This document shows positions 60,860-64,000 of a stretch of 64,000 bases of DNA, in pieces (within the stretch, counting starts at the first letter, position 1; each line of letters opens with the position of its first letter). Source of the DNA: Pocillopora damicornis (Eukaryota); the NCBI RefSeq assembly GCF_003704095.1, contig NW_020845387.1, forward strand, positions 186,001 to 250,000. Direction: 5' to 3'. The notes beneath the pieces are model-generated. The model did no database searches, was not told where the DNA came from, and saw nothing but the letters and a program-made list of their open reading frames with translations. The position numbers and the translations under genes were made by a program.

Positions 60860-63800
60860 CTACAAGTTGCCACGGCTGTCATTTACCCAAAAAGCTGGTA
60901 CCCATTGTGGCTCCACATCAAGTTTATCGATGGCCTGTTTGAGTTCGTCAAATGTTCTTTCCAAGTCTGTGTTCACGATTGTTTTATCGAAGTAATGGCC
61001 GTACATTTCTTCCATCTCTCTCGCTTTAGTCACCATGTCATGTAATTCCGCGTCCTTAGAATGAAAACAATACAAACATGAGCGGGAACTCTCACAGCAG
61101 TTAACACCTACTGCTGTATGGCCTTATTTTAGCCTGTATTAAAAACTTCTTTGAACAGTCTCAAAATTTCTCTTACATTTGCAAAATCGTCGATGGCCTT
61201 TCCCTTTTATTTCCTATTTAACAATTTTTATCGCTATTTTGGATCAATGCCAGAACCTGAGCAACTGCGCACTTACCCCTCACCTAACCCAACAACGGTC
61301 AACTGACAGCAATTAAGGGTTAATGTTGAGTTGGGGGAGGGGGAGGTGCGCACAAATTGATCCGCTATTTCAAAGAAAATTTTTCTTCTTCTTACAAAAA
61401 CCTAACATATTTTTTTGTCAATTTGATTTCAGCTTGATCCCGGTAACTGGTACGACAGCTCTAACGATAACGACAACAACTGGTACGACAGCTCTAACGA
61501 TAACGACAACAACTGGTACTCACAGACATAGGTGAATTTGGATTAGGGTTGAATGGATCCACTCTTCCTCTCCGAAGGGTCAATATTCTATCGTAAGATG
61601 GCGGTGAGATGAAAACCACGTAGGGTTTCACATCAGAAGCTTTAAGCATCTTGAGCGCCTGGAATAAAAATGCATATCAGAGGTTAATAAACAGAATGTT
61701 TCTACTTTGAGCAATTCGGCTCGAGATCCGTCATAACCGTGAGCCAAAAATGATCCCGTTCGGCCCACCCTATCTCAGTTTTTCATATGATCGGTGCTCA
61801 ATTGTCATCCTGCATTTCAGGGCTACATGCTGGGTTGAGCGTCTTTTTCTGGGCCTGATCGCCTACTCGCGTACGGCCCTCATGCGGGGAGATTATTTAT
61901 TATATTTCCATCAAAAGCACGCGAGTCGCATGGGTCATATGATAATATTACTTGAGTAGAGTATTAGTAATAAGTGTGCTGAGTTAGGATATGCAAAGCT
62001 AATAGACTGCAGATAAGGGCACACAGAAGTATGGACTGTACTCGAATGAAACTCAAATTCTCTGCATGGCATAGAATCACAAATGGAACTGTAAAGCTAC
62101 TTGCGACATACCTCACAATGGAGATTTAAAATACAGTATTTGCCAGAGTTGGCCACTCTTCTAATGGAGTCTAAAGCGGTGCCATAATAGTGACCCTCGA
62201 ATTCTCCGTGTTCCACGAACTTATGGGCCACAATGTCCGCCTCAAACGTGGGTAGTGGAACAAAGTAATAATCTCTTTCATTGACTTCTTCAGGTCTTTT
62301 TGGGCGGCTGGTGTCTAAAGCGGGAAGTATGATGTGAAGTCTAAAGTATGATAATTAAAACACTCCAAAGAACTTTTTTATTACAGTACTCCGCTTGATG
62401 TATTAATAGGTGGAAAAATTATAATAAAACAGACAGAGGAAAGGAAGAGCCTACTGATAGATGGTAGACGAGGGCAGAGAGGAACAGACAGATAGACAGA
62501 AAGACTGACAGGGAAACGGAAAGAGAGCAAGAAAGGACGGACATACAGGGCGAGCAACGGACGGAGATGGGTGGATAGACCGACAGAGGGAACGAGAAAC
62601 AGATGATAGAGTAGAAAGCAGAACAACCGGACACGCAAACGGACAGACAGACAGACATACACACAGACGGACAGACAGAGAGTCACACAATAGGTCCATT
62701 AACCAATCGTTTAAGTTTTCGTTTGCACTTTAGGAACGATTCTTTGATTATATGATGACTCAGTGATAAAACGCGAACAGAAATGTACTTACGAGGTACC
62801 ACTAGAGCAAAACGTTCTCGTGAAAATAGAATCAACTTTTGTCTTAACTCTTTCCGGCCAACTTTATCAGGTCCTACACAGGAACAAATGGAACAAAAAA
62901 TTTACAGAGGATCAATTCATATTTTTCAACCCAACTGCAAAGTCTAAAATGCTTTAAGAGTGATTTGCTTCATATCATTAGCAGAAATAGTCGCGTGAGA
63001 TTAATCTTGGACTTGAAAACTGGAGAGGAGGGTTGGACCCTAGCGAACATTGATTGCAAATACAGACCATCACATCTCTCTGGGCAATGGGACAGGAGTG
63101 GTTGAAGGCGGATAATTTCCCAGCAATGATACTGTGTTCGTTAAAACCAAAAGTGAATGCTTATCTCTGGTTCTGTAACACGAACCAAGAAGAGTACGTC
63201 TTCGCTCTTGAAAGGGATGCTATTCCACCAGAGGTTTCCCAATACCCCCCTCCTCCTCCCCCCTCTATTTCTCAGCTTTCCCTGACAGTTCACTGTTACC
63301 CACTACTAAGTGGAGAGGGAGACTGGGCGAGTTAAGTGTCTTTAAAGTAACAAATCACAGCGACCCAGCCTACCTATAAGAACCACAGGCCGTTTTCTGT
63401 GAGGATCTGGCTGTAAATGCGCCACTTCTTCGTATGTTAACACCTCGTCCGCCACATATTCTAAGGGGAAAAAAAACAGTTTTATGTCAGTGGGAGAGTA
63501 AAACAGAGTAATTCAGTGTTATAAACTGAGTTGATAACGAAGTGCCAATGCTCGAAACGTAAGCTTTGAAACTCTTGACGATGGTCAATTGAAGTTATCA
63601 ACTCAGTTGATAATACCAATCTAACTTGTTACATAATTAGACCGGTGTACAAGGAAATCAAACGTGACGGCGTGATAGTGAATAATGGCAACGTGGAATT
63701 GCTTGGGGAATTACTTTACACCAACCTTCGTTGTGTTTCGCGTTGTAAAGAACCTTTTTCCTTCGCTTTCGCTTGAAACAAAGACATCCACTCTCTGAAG

Positions 63801-64000
63801 GTGAAAACAAAACAACATTCTGTTGGTTATACAGTTCATAGTTTGACTTTGGGAGTAAAAAATTATCATGCAGTGTGGTCTTCCGGGTGAGGGTGATATG
63901 GCGAGGCCTGTTGTCGGCGAAAGTGACTGACCACCAGTGAGTTAGAGACAGCTCTAAAATGCAACATTGAAAATCCTTACTTTCTTTGTTGGACGGCTCG
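60860..64000 (-). CDS. MPP5: MAGUK p55 family member, MPP5/PALS1/Stardust-like; 3' part (HOOK and guanylate-kinase domain)
   Basis: Exons >64000-63981, 63794-63726, 63460-63374, 62873-62793, 62314-62112, 61658-61524, 61054-60860, all phase-consistent. Motifs: KRRKKVLYNAK, VLTYEEV, RKRPVVLIGP, VPHTSR, FEADI..KFVEHGEFE..YGT, KPYVVFISPP, REMEEMYGHYFD..KLDVEPQWVP.W. Confidence 0.9.
61241..61363. mobile_element. Short hairpin MITE-like element in an MPP5 intron
   Basis: Terminal ggatcaat / attgatcc, plus internal inverted arms tgcgcac..cccctc..caaca / tgttg..gagggg..gtgcgca. Confidence 0.6.
61445..61519. repeat. Perfect 33-bp tandem repeat, about 2.3 copies
   Basis: aactggtacgacagctctaacgataacgacaac twice, plus aactggtac. 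Confidence 0.95.
62430..62690. repeat. Degenerate (GACA/GACG/GATA)n purine-rich microsatellite
   Basis: Runs of acag/gaca/acgg in an MPP5 intron. Confidence 0.8.
63155..63370 (-). mobile_element. Degenerate SINE-like repeat, same family as 3570-3785
   Basis: Shared co-linear blocks ttatctc.ggttctgtaaca, ggatgctattccacc, aagtgtctt. Confidence 0.45.
63485..63630. mobile_element. Palindromic repeat with a decayed hammerhead-like motif, copy 2
   Basis: Arms ctgagttgataac / gttatcaactcag; the plus strand has GTGC-CAAT-GCTC-GAAACGTA. Confidence 0.55.

Noticed and set aside
61445-61519. CRISPR-like 33-bp direct repeats
   Set aside because: The repeats are contiguous with no spacers, there are no cas genes, and the site is a eukaryotic intron.
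62381-62699. Three overlapping Ser/Val/Cys/Leu-rich ORFs
   Set aside because: Translations of a GACA-type microsatellite in an MPP5 intron.

Overview
This is eukaryotic, AT-rich, intron-containing animal DNA, not a prokaryotic window. Gene content and short-repeat families suggest a cnidarian, probably a stony coral (inference). I built the gene models by hand from GT-AG junctions with matching phases. In order: the 5' part of an ATRIP-like gene (-, runs off the left edge); two tandem calmodulin-like paralogues (-, 3389-9339 and 12686-18791); a steryl/aryl-sulfatase-fold gene (+) that has lost essentially all catalytic residues; an SLC46-family MFS transporter (-) head-to-head with FRG1 (+), with only 95 bp between their ATGs; a 4462-aa sacsin-like gene (-) with a 13-kb coding exon and no visible UBL domain; a small single-exon Spot14/MID1IP1-like ORF (+); an unassigned type II membrane ORF (-); and the 3' part of an MPP5/PALS1-like MAGUK (-, runs off the right edge). 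Introns and intergenic DNA hold tRNA-derived SINEs, piggyBac-like MITEs, palindromic elements with decayed hammerhead-ribozyme motifs, and two assembly gaps. The best leads are the intact pseudo-sulfatase, the apparent array of alternative phase-1 first exons feeding one calmodulin body, the PPxY-tailed calmodulin paralogue, the Spot14-like gene and the UBL-less sacsin. I found no CRISPR array, rRNA, intact tRNA or autonomous transposon. All family assignments come from motif recognition by eye, not database searches.
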